Source: Batkoa obscura (taxonomy: Eukaryota). Taken from it: a stretch of DNA of 64,000 nucleotides. The notes beneath the pieces are model-generated. The model was not told where the DNA came from, made no database searches, and saw only the letters and a program-made list of their open reading frames with translations. Position 1 is the stretch's first letter, and every line of letters begins with the position of its first letter. A program made the position numbers and the translations under genes. This document shows, one piece after another, positions 36,429 through 50,441 of this stretch. Where the stretch lies: NCBI GenBank assembly GCA_030770535.1, contig JASVEC010000023.1:1-64000 (forward strand), read 5' to 3'.

Positions 36429-38827
36429 ATGAGTAGCATTAAAGTAAATCAAGCGAATAATATAAAGATCTACACGATCAATGGACAGAGTAATTCTCGA
36501 AGTATGCCAGATTGGCTAAGGAGAAAAAATAGTAAAAAATTAAAGAAGGACGCTGGTAAGTTTTTAAGTTAATCTATATAGTTAATAAAGAGGAAGGATG
36601 AAAAAAAAATAAGGAAATAAAGAATAGAATGGAATGAACAAGAGAATTAATCATTTTAATTTATAGAATGGAATCGTCGTGTTGAATTGATTCAAGAATT
36701 TGAGTTTAATGAAGCGTCTTTAAAAGTACGTACAACCCCAGATGGTAAATTTGCTATGGCTACTGGTAAATTATATTTTAAAATACCTCAATAAGATTTT
36801 TTTAATAAAATGATTATTTTTTAGGTGTTTATAAACCCCAAATAAGAGTTTATGAGTTTTCTGAAATGTCATTGAAATTTGAACGACATACAGATGCTGA
36901 AAATGTAGAATTTGTGGTAAGTTTTCGAAGTTGGAGAAGTAGAAATTATGATAGGCTTACATTTTTATTTTTATTAGATCTTATCTGATGATTGGACAAA
37001 ATCTGTTCACTTACAAAGTGATAGAAGTATTGAGTTTCATTCCCAAGGCGGTATTCATTATAAAACTAGAATACCTAAAGTAAGTTTGTTGACAATAATA
37101 TCAAATAAGCAATACTTAAATTTTATTTTGTATATTAGTTTGGAAGAGATTTAGGTTATCATTTCCCAAGTTGTGATTTATTAGTATGTGGTGCCTCTTC
37201 GGAAGTGTATAGATTAAATTTAGAACAAGGACGCTTCCTCAACCCCATAGAAACTTCTGCTAGTAATGAAAAGGGAATTAATTGTATGGATGTTAATCCA
37301 GCTCATCAATTATATGGATTTGGTTTTAATGAAAGTAAAATGGAATTTTTTGATCCAAGAAGTAAAAGTAAAGTATCTACTTTGGTACCTTTATTACCAA
37401 GTATTTATAAAGATGCGGATGCTACAGTAAATAAACTGAAGTTTGATGAAAGTGGTTTGAATATGGCAGTAGGATTGAATGAAGGGTTAGTGCTATTATA
37501 TGATTTAAGAAATCCGAAACCATACTTGGTAAAAGATCATCAGTATAATTTACCAATTAAGAGTATTCAATGGTTAAATAACGATAAGATTTGTACTACA
37601 GATAGTAAGATTGTAAAGTTATGGGATGCTAAGAGTGTAAGTTGTTATATTGTATTAATAATAAAAATGTTTATTTATTTTTATTCTATTAGGGAGACCA
37701 TTTTACATCTATTGAACCTTTAAATGATATTAATGATTGTTGGGTTGTACCTAACTCAGGGTTAATATTTTTAGCTAATGAAGGTATTCAAATGCAATCT
37801 TATTATATACCAGCTTTGGGTCCAGCTCCTAAATGGTGTAGTTTCTTAGATAATTTAACAGTAATATCTTTTTATGTTAAAAACAATAACAGTGATATTT
37901 AAATGACTTTATTTTTTAATAGGAAGAATTGGAAGAAAACCCAAGTCAAACAGTTTATGAAGACTTTAAATTTATTACTAGAAAGGAAATTAATAGGTAA
38001 GAAAAGTTATTAGGTTTTTATGACAGAATATTTAGTTTGATATTTTAGTTTGGGCTTAGATCATTTAATTGGTAGCAAAGTGTTACGTGCTTATATGCAC
38101 GGGTTCTTAATTGATTTGAGGTTGTATGAAAAGGTAAATAAGAATAGAATATAATTAATTAAATTTAGCTTAATTTATTGATATTTTATTAGGCCAAATT
38201 AATAGCTACACCCTTTGATTATGATCATTATTTGGAAGGTAAAATACGACAAAAAGTGGATGAAGGTAGAAGTACACGTATTCAAGCTAGTAAAGTATTA
38301 CCCAAAGTTAATGCTCATTTGGCTAAGAAAATTATTGAAGAATCAAATGTTAAAAAACATAAAGTAAGTTCAGCTACTCTTATCCATTATAAGCAATTAT
38401 TTATTGACTTTATAAACTATAGACCAAATTGTTGGAAGATGAGCGTTTCAAAGAATTATTTAATAATCCCGAATTTGAAGTGGATCAAGAGGATACTGAA
38501 TTTCAAATGCTCAATCCAACCACTAAAGTCGTTCCAACTAATAAACAAAAAGATGATGATGAAGAAAGTGAAGAAGAAGGCAAAGGGTCGGATGATGATT
38601 CAAGTGATGAAGATGATCTTTTGGGTTGGAAAAGTAGAAATCATAGACCAGAAGGTAGAGCGGGTCAATTTCATCAAAGGAGAGAAGAAAATAAAAAGAG
38701 TAATAACAGAGGTGATAGTAATGACCGTGGCGGTAGAGGCGGAAGAGGAGGAAGAGGAGGAAGAGGAGGAAGAGGAGGAAGGGGAGGTAGAGGTAATAGA
38801 GGAGGTAGAGGTGGTAAAAGAGATTAG
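36429..38827 (+). CDS. ENP2: Ribosome biogenesis WD40 protein Enp2/NOL10
   Basis: [65 protein letters not shown], NUC153-like DERFKELFNNPEFEVD, RGG tail. Confidence 0.95.
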
Positions 38828-38969
38828 ATATTGTCATGAGTTTTATAGAGTTTATTTTAATAAATATATAAGTTATAAAGTTATAAATTTTCAAAGCATT
38901 TTTTGTTTTTTATAGTGATGATAAATAGGAGCTCGTTTGTTTAAGCCAGTAAGAATATTACTTTTAACT

Positions 38970-39482
38970 TCATAATTTTCGTTTCATATCAGTGATTTTT
39001 TTTAGATAGTTCTAAATGAACAATAAAATTAAAACAATTTTTAGGAAATAATAAAGAAATAAAAATAAAAGTACCTTCCTACCCCGAATATGTTTAAGTT
39101 GTTCTTTTAGACTTTTTTCTGTTTGTTGTTTATTTAATCCAGTACCTACTCGATGAAACAATAATGTACCATCTACTTGTTTTACTTGGGCCTTTGCGAC
39201 CTCTGAAGCTTCTGGTTTTTTGGTTTTTACTAATTAGAATCGATATTAGTATCTTCCCTTTTTTGTTCAAAATTGAAAATTATTAAAAAAAACTTGATAT
39301 TACTTACATTCCATTAACTTTTGTTTAATTGAAGCTAATTCGATTGTATTTTTAGTTGTGTTCTCCTTTTTTTCAATAATGAAATAGGGGTTTCTTATTA
39401 ATAAATCTTGGGCTACTGCTAAACCTTCATAATCAGGCAAATCTTGTCGTTTTCTTTTATAGGGAGTTAATGGAGTGGTCAT
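38970..39482 (-). CDS. Small basic hypothetical protein, 2-3 exons
   Basis: Exon 1 MTTPLTPYKRKRQ...; exon 2 from ~39232 stops at 39107 as written. With +1 A at 39113-39118 it continues through a 63-nt intron (39074-39012) to a stop at 38970. Confidence 0.6.
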
Positions 39483-39940
39483 AAAGTTACAATTAAAATA
39501 TTTTTGGAATAAAATTAAAAAAGAAATTTTTTTTGAATTTATATTTTCTTCTAAGATTGAAAAAAATTGGGCTAATTGGTTTAAATTTTGTATGGCTAAA
39601 CTTTTGTTAGTGAAAAGTTGATCACTTTTATTTTAGATTTTAATTCAATAATATTATACTCTTATTGACTAATTTATAATACTAATATTTTAATATAGTT
39701 ACAAATGATGGTAATATGATAGTTGAAATACAATGAAATTAATAATAGTAATGTTAAATTATAGTAAACTAAACTATACAATATAAAGTAAAACAAAAAT
39801 TTTAAGTACGTTTTTTTATAAAATTAAATGATAAACCCTCTATAAATATCTACTAAGTTAAATTGTATTTATAAAATATTGACAGGGTAAAGTCTAATAT
39901 TTAAAGGAGATGAGGATAAATTATAATTAAAAAATTACAT

Positions 39941-42469
39941 TTATAATTTATCATAGTAGAAATCGAATGGTGGAATTTCTGGTTTAAGACCTTTACGAAG
40001 ACGTACTTCGGTTACAGTTTCAAGGGTCTTGGATCCAACATCAAGTGGGGATCCTGGCATTAATTGCCAGTGATCGAAGACACATTGTGGGAAAGCTTGA
40101 CCACCAGTGGAAGAACGTAAAGCGGCAGTGAAACCGAAAGATTCTTTAACTGGGAGATAAGCTTTAACAGTGTACATTGGGGTACCTGGACGTTGTTCTT
40201 CAGCAAATACCATACCACGACGTTTGTTTAAGCATGAGTAAATACCACCAAGAGCTTGTTCTGGGGCTTGGATTTCAGCAAGGTAAACTGGTTCAAGTAA
40301 ACCTGGTTTAGCAGCTAAGCAAGAAGCGTACATGACACGACGGCAAGTTGGCATAATTTGACCAGCACCACGATGGATAGCATCAGCATGTAAAGTGACA
40401 TCAAGAATATTGAAACGTACACCACGCATTTCTTCTTCAGCGCAGACACCTTCCTTGGCAGCCCATTGTAAAGCAGCTACACAAGAATCTTTGATTTCGT
40501 TAAGGTATTGAACAGCCTTAGTTTGATCAACTAACAAGTTACATCCGTTAGTATCTGGACCGAAAGCCCAAATCTTACGAGCATCAGTGACATCCCAACC
40601 ATAAGTATCAGCTAAATGACGGGCACGGATCTTGAAATCGTCACGAGGAGTGATTTTACCACTTTCAATTTCATTTACAAGCTCAGTATCCATTGGTTCA
40701 GCTTTCATGTAAATACGGTTATGCTTGTTTGGAGATTTGGATAAGCAAACTTGGGAGGATTCAACTTGAACAGTTTCACGATATTGGACAACTGGGTTAC
40801 CAATCTTAATTGGTACACCAGCATGATCTTCTTCCAAATCTTTAAGACAAATTTCTAAATGAAGTTCACCAGCACCGGCAACAATATGTTCTCCGGATTC
40901 AGAAGTGAAACATTGGACACATGGATCGGATTTAGATAAACGTTTAAGACCTTCAACTAATTTTGGTAAATCGTTGGCATTCTTAACTTCAACGGAAAGT
41001 CGAACGACTGGGGATACAGAGAATTTCATGACCTTCATGTTATGAGCGGATTCGGAGGTGGTAATGGTACCTGATTTAAGAAGGAACTGATCAACACCAA
41101 CAAGACCAATAATGTTACCAGCTGGACAATCCTCAATTGGTTCAATATAACGACCCATCATAAGAACGGTACGTTGGATAGACTTAATGAAAAGATCATC
41201 TTTTTTACCTGGAACATAGTTTGGACCTTGAATACGTACTTTAAGACCGGAACGGACAGTACCAGAGAAGACACGACCGAAAGCGTAGAAACGACCTTTA
41301 TCGGAAGTTGGTACCATCTTGGAGATGTAAAGCATAAGTGGACCTTTAGAGTCACAGTTCTTGATAGCAGTGCAAGCTTCATCATCAACTGGACCTTCGT
41401 AAAGAGTTTCAGCACGGTATTTTTGAGCAGTGGCTGGGGATGGAAGGTGGATGACTATCATCTCAAGTAAAGCATCAGCAGCTGGTAAAAATTTACGCAT
41501 AGCTACTTTGAGGAGGGCTTTACCTTCTAATTCTCTTTCATCAGATTTAAGACTGATTTCAAGTTTAGTTAAAAGTTCTTCAACTTTATCTTTCTTGAAG
41601 TTCATAACGGAATCGAAGATACGGTAGATTGGATCAAGAACGAAAAGATTGAAAGCACGTTCAAGTTGTTTACCATCAGCATCAGTGGATTTAGTGGTCC
41701 ATTTCTTGGTTTTTGGATTGAAGTAGTTATCACCCCAAAGACGTTTCATCATCTTTTCCTTATCAACACCAAATTTCTTGGCATAACGTTCAGCGAATTG
41801 ACGAAGAGTGAAACCCCAACCGTGGAGACCGGAACCGAAAGCAACAGTTCCTTTTTCTGGGTAAACTTGGCAATCACCAAGAACTTCATCAACATAAGTA
41901 GCAATAACTACGTTAACGGATTCAATGGTACGATTGAAAGTTTGATAAAGTTCTTCTTTACCAACTTGTAATTCAAGAAGAGCACGATCAACCTTGTTGA
42001 TAACAACAACTGGCTTAATCTTTTCTCCTAAAGCTTGACGGAGTACAGTTTCAGTTTGTACGCACACACCATCAATGGTGTCAACGACAACTAAAGCACC
42101 ATCAGTGACACGGAGGGCAGCAGTTACTTCAGAGGAGAAATCAACGTGACCGGGGGAATCGATTAAATTGATTAAGAACTTGTTGGAAGTACTTTCTTGT
42201 TTAACATCTAACATAGCTTGCTCAGAAAGTTCGAAGTACATAGAAATAGCGGTAGATTTAATTGTTACACCACGTTCTTGTTCATCAGCACGGGTATCAG
42301 TATAACGAGCAGTACCAGCATGAGCTGAGGAAATAATACCAGCACGTTGTACAAGGGAATCAGTTAAAGTGGATTTACCGTGATCGACGTGAGCAATAAC
42401 GGACATGTTACGCACATTGCAGGCGGAGTCCATAAGGTCACGGATTTGATCTACTGTGAAATTAACCAT
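39941..42469 (-). CDS. EFT1: Translation elongation factor 2 (eEF2)
   Basis: [33 protein letters not shown], diphthamide loop HADAIHRG; strong codon bias; intronless CDS. Confidence 0.99.
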   Translation of the reverse strand: MVNFTVDQIRDLMDSACNVRNMSVIAHVDHGKSTLTDSLVQRAGIISSAHAGTARYTDTRADEQERGVTIKSTAISMYFELSEQAMLDVKQESTSNKFLINLIDSPGHVDFSSEVTAALRVTDGALVVVDTIDGVCVQTETVLRQALGEKIKPVVVINKVDRALLELQVGKEELYQTFNRTIESVNVVIATYVDEVLGDCQVYPEKGTVAFGSGLHGWGFTLRQFAERYAKKFGVDKEKMMKRLWGDNYFNPKTKKWTTKSTDADGKQLERAFNLFVLDPIYRIFDSVMNFKKDKVEELLTKLEISLKSDERELEGKALLKVAMRKFLPAADALLEMIVIHLPSPATAQKYRAETLYEGPVDDEACTAIKNCDSKGPLMLYISKMVPTSDKGRFYAFGRVFSGTVRSGLKVRIQGPNYVPGKKDDLFIKSIQRTVLMMGRYIEPIEDCPAGNIIGLVGVDQFLLKSGTITTSESAHNMKVMKFSVSPVVRLSVEVKNANDLPKLVEGLKRLSKSDPCVQCFTSESGEHIVAGAGELHLEICLKDLEEDHAGVPIKIGNPVVQYRETVQVESSQVCLSKSPNKHNRIYMKAEPMDTELVNEIESGKITPRDDFKIRARHLADTYGWDVTDARKIWAFGPDTNGCNLLVDQTKAVQYLNEIKDSCVAALQWAAKEGVCAEEEMRGVRFNILDVTLHADAIHRGAGQIMPTCRRVMYASCLAAKPGLLEPVYLAEIQAPEQALGGIYSCLNKRRGMVFAEEQRPGTPMYTVKAYLPVKESFGFTAALRSSTGGQAFPQCVFDHWQLMPGSPLDVGSKTLETVTEVRLRKGLKPEIPPFDFYYDKL

Positions 42470-42510
42470 TTTTTATAGTCTAATGTATATAAAAGAAAAG
42501 CAATTAGTAT
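42470..42510 (-). other. Probable 3' splice site of a 5'-UTR intron of eEF2
   Basis: Minus strand ctaat (branch) - polypyrimidine - cattag|actataaaaaATG; donor ambiguous (GTTGAT ~42531 or GTTAGT ~42792). Confidence 0.55.
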
Positions 42511-43955
42511 ATATCTGCCAAAGTTATCAACGATAATCTAGCAAAGACAAAAAAAATAAAATATTTCAAATGTTTTCTTATATTAATATAAATAGCCAAT
42601 GAAACCCGAGCATTTAATTTTACTAATAAACTGGAATAACACATATCCCCAATATTAATTGCGATTGGCTTAGTTGTCATATTAAATCAGGTTAATAGGT
42701 CAGCTCTGCTCATTTATTCCTTTTACTGCCAATCAAATATATCAAAGAGCGAATTCTATATTTCAAAAGTCAAGTAAAATTCTCAAACTAACAAATGAAA
42801 AGTGAATGAACTATATTAAAGTTAAGCGGAGGGCTGTTCTTTGTTAGCTTTAATAATGGGATCTAAGCTCAGAATTTATTCCACACCCAAAAATAACCCA
42901 CAATTCGAATTGATCCACCAATTTTTTTGATAATAAAAATAGATTTATTACAATATCTCAATATATTAATTTTAATATATTGTTATAAATTTTTCAAATG
43001 ATTATATAAATTTTATCATTTTCACCAATCATTACATTAATTTTTACAATGCGTTTAATTCGATTACCCCTGAAATGATAAAACCAGTTCGTTTGGTCTG
43101 GTGTTTATCAATCCTTGTTATTTACAATCATTTATTTTTTTAGTATAATTTTAAATATACACATGTAAAAATAAATAACTAACTATAACGATAAAGGATA
43201 TATATAATAAACAAATTCATTTTTTAAATTTTTATATTTACTATTTTTAAAATACATTTGTTTTATATAAAGCTCTATTATTGTAAAAAACTGTTAGCTG
43301 AAAAAATATTCTATTAAATTAAAAGAGCATAGTTATTGGGACAGTACTTTAAGCAAAATAATCAAAAAAGCAACCCTTGACTTAACCTCATCAGCTTTTA
43401 TACTGGGAGAAATAGAACTATATTTAGTGTTCCATTAATGGAAAACACCTACTACTAAATAGAAATCATCTAATTAATAAGGCCCCCTGCTTCATTTATA
43501 AAACATTTAAACAATAATTAATTTATTATTAACAAAGATCCCATAGAGATAGTTTCAAATAATCCATAACCTGAAGACTAAAAACTAAATCATATTATGC
43601 ATGATAGTAGTAAAAACCCTCTTAAAGTATTGGTATTAAATTAACTTACTATATAGATAATTGTTTTCTAGCTTTAGGATGTCTTTTATGTTATGGGGGT
43701 TTAACAGAGCTTGTAATAAACATTGATTTATAGTAACGTTTATACATTGTAATAATTAAGAACTTTATATAACTTTAGAAAGGATTTTATTAGAATCTTC
43801 ATAATAAAATTGGCTCAGCTATATATGGACCTTAGACTTAGTTGATCGAAAAAAATAGCTAAAAAATTGCTCTCAGTATATATGTGTAAAGATAACTTGA
43901 AAGATGATTATTTATAGAATATACTTATGAGTCTTGTAATATTGAATAGAGCATT

Positions 43956-44053
43956 TGGGGATGTATTTTTATCTTTAAGAAATTTACTAGCAATTTTTCC
44001 ACTCAAACAGCACTTAAAAGATGGAAAAAGCGATAAAGCCAAAAAAATCTCCA
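43956..44053 (+). mobile_element. 100-bp MITE family copy
   Basis: tggggatgt..., TSD tt/tt. Confidence 0.9.
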
Positions 44054-44524
44054 TTTTAACAAATAGATTATCTTTAACAATATTTAAATAAAATGTTTTG
44101 ATAATTTATTGATTTAATAAATTAAAAGTTTTGACAATTTTTTTATGGCTTCTAATATATTAGAAAGTTAAATGTATTTATATAGTTAAACGTTTATTAA
44201 AATTTGTTTCTGATATGAAAAGTTATTTTTCAACATAAATAAAACATAATTTATTGAAAGCTATACATTTATTTTGTTTTATTTTTAATTTTTGATTTAA
44301 CTTAATTTTAATTTGTATTTAATAAGCAAATAATAATAAACAAAAGTATAATAACAATAGTTAAATATAAAGCAAAAATAAACAGTGATAAACTAGACGA
44401 TATAAAATAATAACAAGACAATTTAAATAATAGCAAAATTACAATAAAGTAAACAAGTAAATCATAGGAAGATAAAGAAATATAAAATAGTAAAAGCAGT
44501 GATAGTATCAAATATCATTGTATA

Positions 44525-44623
44525 TGGAGACATCTTTTTTTGTTTAAAAAATTTGCTAGCATTTTTTCAGCTCAGTAGCACTTATAAGTGGAAAAGGTGA
44601 TAAAATCAAAAATATATCCCCTA
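44525..44623 (+). mobile_element. Degenerate MITE copy
   Basis: ctcagtagcactt...atatcccc. Confidence 0.75.
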
Positions 44624-44711
44624 TCGTTTTTTGATATCATTATTATTACAAACTTTACTATTAGATTTTAATTATATGATGTTGGACAATAGAGTAAACG
44701 TTTCTAATATT

Positions 44712-44795
44712 TGAGGATGTTTTGGTTTCCTTACTTTTTCCATTTATAGTGGAAAAATTGTTAGTAAATTTCTTAAATATAAAAATACATCCCCT
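44712..44795 (-). mobile_element. Internally deleted MITE copy
   Basis: gtggaaaaattgttagtaaa...aaaaatacatcccc. Confidence 0.82.
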
Positions 44796-46013
44796 TGCTT
44801 TTTTCCCACTTTTTTCACTAATTTACTAAATAACAATTTAACTTTTATAGCTAATATAATGGAAACAGTGACTTACATCTATACTACAATTAAATTACTA
44901 CTGTTATAATATCACTTTAAGTACACTAAACTTTATTTTATGAGTTACTACATAAATATAAATTTCAATTAACATCGTAATATTTCTAATTTAATTTTTA
45001 AAAAAATATTCTCAACTATCTAAGAATCACCACTTGATATCAGTTTTTCATTAATAGTGTATATAAAAACAAATTTAATAACTAGTTACTAGCATTAATG
45101 AACTTTATATTATTCAATTAACTAATTTAAAATATCTGACTTCTTATAAAGTAAGTTTAATAAAGCTTATATTTCTAAAATTATATATTTAAAAATACCT
45201 AAAACTTAGAATTTTTAAAGGTTTATTATTATAAATTGCTTAGCAATAATAAAAAAGTAACTCCTTTTTCTAATGACGCTTATTCCACTTATGTAGTCTT
45301 TTGAATAAAGTCACTTAAACTTTGAGAATAAGCACATCAATCAATAATAGATTTGATTTTATATTATTAAACAAAACTAAAAATTCCATTAAATGTTTTT
45401 TTCATTAGTATTACAAAAGTATATTTCAGGTTACGTTACTCTTCTAAAAACAAAAATAAAATAATTTTAATTCTTAAATAAAAACTATCACTAATATAAT
45501 TAGCATTTAAAACCCTATTAACACTAGGAATTACTACTAGCATTTACTAACTCTATAAATTTAATTTTTCCACTATTTAGTCTTAGTTGACCTACTGCTT
45601 CTCCTTTAATTTTACATCACATCCCAAAACGACTAATTCATTAGCAATTAGAGACTATAAAATTTAATAAAAATAAACGGTTGCTTGGGGTAACGTCAAT
45701 TGTCCAATAAACAATAGCACCGAGTCAACCAATAGAAACTTTCTTTAAAGCAGTAAGCTTAATTTAAGTTACACAATAATGATCCCACAAAATTTTGATG
45801 AGATGGGTTAAACTAAATTCTAAATCAATACAAATATAAAATAAATTAAACTTTATTTGTTAAGAGTACAGCGCAAATGAAAACAAGGGGAAGGAAAACC
45901 AAAGGTTTAAAAAAATATTGTGCTGAAAAATTACATTACGCAAGGGAAGAAAACAGTGGAATTCTATTAAATTAATTTTGCAATATAGAATAGGTTAAGT
46001 TCATAAATTAAGT

Positions 46014-46685
46014 TTAAGCTTCCTTTGGTTCTACAATAGAAGTCATAGGAGCATCTGGAGGAGTGGCGGCACCATTACTAGTGTTTCCAAGATTGAAACT
46101 GATAAATTCAGCTTCACTCATGGTTTTATGTAAAAAGCAACAACGCTTACCATAAGGGCAATAACCGTGTTCCCAAAAGTTTTTACAAAGGATAGATTTA
46201 TATTTAGGGTGACGAGCAACTGGGCGTAATTCATGGAAACCGTGAGCAAATTTACATTTTTTGTTATAACGGCAATATCCAGTAGCCATAAAAGAGTCGC
46301 ACATTTCGGTCTTGTAAAGGGTAACTGATTTAACTGGGGAATCTTCAGAAGAATCTGATCCATCAGAAACTGAAGGGGTCTCTGATTGAACTGATTTATT
46401 GTCATCATCATCCATTCCAAGAAGTTGGATAACATTGTCCTTAACTAATTCCATCTCTTTATCTAACTTCATATTCTTAATTCGTTCAATAAATGAGTCA
46501 GAAACTAAATTTTCATGTTCATCCTCACCATCATCTTTTGGCTTGAAAATGGCACTAGGGTCAATAGCAACGGCATATGGATTCCATCCTGGGTTTGATA
46601 AGTCATTACTTGCTTTTGAGCCACAGTCTTTAAAGGCAGAAAGTTTGTTGGTGTTAGGATTGATTTGACCAGCGGAGAGCATCAT
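46014..46685 (-). CDS. Tandem CCCH zinc-finger ARE-binding protein (TTP/Zfs1/Cth1-2 family)
   Basis: YKTEMC-x8-C-x5-C-x3-H, linker [16 protein letters not shown]-x8[11 protein letters not shown]. Confidence 0.93.
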   Translation of the reverse strand: MMLSAGQINPNTNKLSAFKDCGSKASNDLSNPGWNPYAVAIDPSAIFKPKDDGEDEHENLVSDSFIERIKNMKLDKEMELVKDNVIQLLGMDDDDNKSVQSETPSVSDGSDSSEDSPVKSVTLYKTEMCDSFMATGYCRYNKKCKFAHGFHELRPVARHPKYKSILCKNFWEHGYCPYGKRCCFLHKTMSEAEFISFNLGNTSNGAATPPDAPMTSIVEPKEA

Positions 46686-46800
46686 GGTATTAAATAAATT
46701 ATTAACAGTAAAAGAAATTTACAGCAAAAAGAAATGTTTTAGTAATATAAATACTTTTTAAAAAATTAATTGAATTTTCAAAAAATAATCAAAATTACTT

Positions 46801-47300
46801 GGCTTATATACTTTTGAAATTGAATTGAGAACTTATCTATACCCAAATTAATCCATGCTGTAAAATGCTATTCCTCAATTTTGATTGGCTTAGATATTAA
46901 AAACTTCAATTTAGCTGATGGAATAGTGGGTTATATTTTTAATAGGCTTAGAAAAGTGAGAATGTGGGGCCATATAAGGAAAATTCAGAAAGGAGCTGAT
47001 TGGATAGACCTTAAAATACATTATGAAACTTAATTTGATTGGGTTTAATTAAATTGGGGAACTTGATTTTTATTTTTATAATCATCCAGTTTTTTATTCT
47101 TCTAATATTTAATTCAAAAATTTGACCGTACATTTCATAAAAATATCTTCGTCATTAGCCCTAGATCGTCTTTATTTAGAAATTTTGCATCACTTAAACT
47201 CTCGATTTTTTTTTATTGAGTCCCCATTTTTTTAATCACTATTTAGAATTTAATTGGTCGATTATTTGTCATTTACGCTTCGATTCCAATCAATCCAATA
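46801..47300 (-). promoter_or_regulatory. TATA-like box plus clustered CCAAT boxes upstream of the CCCH gene
   Basis: TATATAAG at ~46803-46810 (minus); GATTGG at ~46883, 46998 and 47037; CCAAT at ~47286 and 47296. Confidence 0.45.
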
Positions 47301-49233
47301 ATAGTGCTTAGCTATCAAATTCATTGGAACTCGAATTACAACTATGATCTAATCTGCTTGGATTTGTTTTCATTTAAAGTAATAAGATCATTGATTTTGG
47401 ATTTTGCTAGTAACTGAAAGAATAATATTACATGTACTCTAAAGTTTACAAAATTTAGGTCTGCTAATCTATATTTAGCAGTACTAAATTGTATTTTAAA
47501 AATGAATGACTACGTTATTAAATTAGTACTAATTGTTATACAATTAAATCTATAATGTCAATATTATTGGCGCTTTAGGACAAGAGGTTTAAAATTAGTG
47601 GATTTAATTAATTAAGAAAGATGATTCAACCTTTATTTTTAATTTTTGATTGGAAGAAAAATGTTGCGTGAAATCATACTATTCCGAAATTTTAAGGGAA
47701 ACAGCAAATTGTATTTAACCATTGCCATAAAAGAAGGAATTAGTTATCGAGTTGATTTTAATTATTCTTTAATCGCAGAGAAAGTGGTTCAAACTTGAAT
47801 AGCAAAAATAGGGCATACAAATAAAAAAGAACTGTAATAATTGTTAAGACAGAATTTGAGTAAGTTATTATCCAAAATTAAGGTTATACAATGAAGAACT
47901 TAAGTAGAAATCAAGTGATATACTATTAAAATTGTTATATATAATTTATATATTTGATTGATAATGAGTCTAAAGTAAAATCCTAATATCATTTTGAATG
48001 ATTTCAAATAAATCCTTGGTTTATGGTATTAGATAGCGGTTTTCGAGAGATTAATAACGTAAACAGTTATGTGCATCAATTCTTGGGTTAATGTTTCAAT
48101 TCGAATTATGGCACACTGTTTTAGTTACTGCTCATTATACTGGTTACACCACTAATATAATTCCAAGTAGTTCATGCAATTCAAACTTGATAGTAAAGCA
48201 TAATAAAATATCATATAAAAAATTTAAGCTATTTCATTATAGTTAATCTTAAAATGTACTATTTTTAACTTTCTAATTAGTGTCATTGAAAGAGTAATAA
48301 TATCGGAAAATAATTGTTTTCAGGAGTGTTAAAACTTGATAAACAAGTCCTATAAATTGAGCATATAAAAAGTAAATTAAACCAGAGTCTTGATCAATAA
48401 GTATTAAATCAATGACATACTCTTATTTAAAAATATTACAAAATTACTAAGGATTCTATTAATTATTTTAAATCATTAATATAATAATTTTAATAAAATA
48501 GTTTTATTCCTAAATTAAGTAAATGTATTATTCATTTATCAATAAGAACTTGATGACGACGATTACAATCTTACATCAAGTAATTATTATTTATGGAAGT
48601 ATGTTTATAATTATGGAAACCTTTAGTTTAATGTTCTAATAAAAACTAATAGAAACTCAATTTGTCTTACTTATTTTCCTCTTATTTTTAAATATCCTTA
48701 TAATTTAACTCACAGTAAGGAATATATTGCTACATTTATAAAATTAGTTTAAAACTATACCACAAACAGATTTGTATGAATTTTTGCTTAATCTTATTAC
48801 CTTAATCATATTAATTTTCAATAATCTTTCTATATGAAATTTAGTTTTAATTTTTAAATATCCCCATTAAATAAAAGTCAAATAAACATAAAATTTGAAA
48901 ATAAAACTAAAATTAAGGAAACAGTAACGAATTGCTATCTAATATACAAACTGAATCTTATTAGAAATTATCTTTTGAGTTTATACACATCACCTTAAAT
49001 TAAGTTGATAATGATATTTAATTTTTATTTTTTAAAAATAAAAAAATAAAATAAAGATAAAAGTATAATAGTAACCAAAAAAACCGAAAATAGTCAGAAG
49101 GTAACTAATTGATATTTAATATGAGTTAGTTTTAACCCGAAATTCGGATCAGTCAGGGTATTTATTGTCTGATGGTAAATATTCAGGTTGTTATATTACA
49201 TTATAATCGGCTTATTATTTTTGGAAAAACATA

Positions 49234-49332
49234 TGAGGGTGTTTTTTGGTTTTATCACTTTTTCTATCTTTTAAGCGCTATTTGAGTGGAAAAATTATTA
49301 GTAAAAGTCTTAAACATAAAAATACATCCCCA
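49234..49332 (-). mobile_element. 100-bp MITE family copy
   Basis: Near-consensus, TSD ta/ta. Confidence 0.92.
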
Positions 49333-50441
49333 TATTATATTTTCATTTCTAAAACGAGAAGTTTTTAAATTTTTATAAAACTTTCAATATGTTGACATTT
49401 TTTACAACAATTAATAATGCTCAGAAAATAAAAAATGAAACCAGAAAAAAGATCACTATATTAGTTAAATGTAAAGTTTCAGACAATGAAGGTTGATGGA
49501 ATACTAGTTAATGCTCACTCATATACTTATCTCACAATAATTTAAAATATTGTTAAACTAGCTGATGTATTTTGGCATCTTTGAATCTTAAACAAATATA
49601 CCTTTATAGGCTTTTATAATAGTGTGAGTAGTGTGAAAGTAGTATTCAGTGGTTAGAGTTAAAAAAGCAGTTTTTTGCTTAATTAACTGACTGTAATTCA
49701 AAAGGTCTTAGTTGATATAATTAAAATAGGCTTTAATAAAAATAACATATAACAAACTTTGCACTATATAAAATAAATAAAAGATACTACTATAAAAATT
49801 ATATAAAATATTATAAGATTTATTAGTTTTATTAAAGGTATAATGTTAGAAAACAATTCAATTAAAAATCTTGAATTGTTATGAAAACTCTGTTTTATAT
49901 TCTAATTGGGTGGATATATACATGGAACACGATAGCAACTGTAATTTATTATTGTAATTCCCAAATATAGATATAAAAATGAGGAGATAATGTTCTTTGG
50001 AATTAGATAGTAGATATTCTTACAGCAAATCGAAATAAGAAACTCTGAATTGATTGTACCACATGAACCATAATCAATTATAAAGCTGAAAGTAATATTT
50101 CATGGTAATTAAATAACTTATTAAGAAAATAGAATAGAGCTTATAGAAGGTAAATCCAATTTTTACCCATGAAATAGAATAACTAAAACGCTTGGTTGGA
50201 TGAGACTGAGTTGTTCTTCTCACAGTATATATTTTGTTTGCTGACAGACTCAGCTTGAAACATGTTATTATACTTTGAGTTTTTATTTTTATTTTATTCA
50301 CAAGATTATTACATTTAAAATTTTAAAACCTCCTTTTAACCAATAGAATAAGATTGAGGTCTGTCTCTTAAAAATGAAGGTATATTCGAAACTTCAAATA
50401 AAATATTTTTACTATTTTCTTTCTATTTATTCTATACTTAA

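Noticed and set aside
42663..42734. Intronic snoRNA upstream of eEF2 (gattggc...gccaatc stem)
   Set aside because: No proper box C; the inverted repeat is explained by two opposed CCAAT boxes.
44308..44511. Hydrophobic 67-aa ORF
   Set aside because: Antisense of an A-rich low-complexity tract between MITEs; non-ATG start.
49134..49190. G-U-rich hairpins (ccgaa/ttcgg; gggtatttattg/tggtaaatattc)
   Set aside because: Weak, AT/GU-dominated and with no family motif; cannot be distinguished from chance. The same applies to the hairpin at ~43076-43110.
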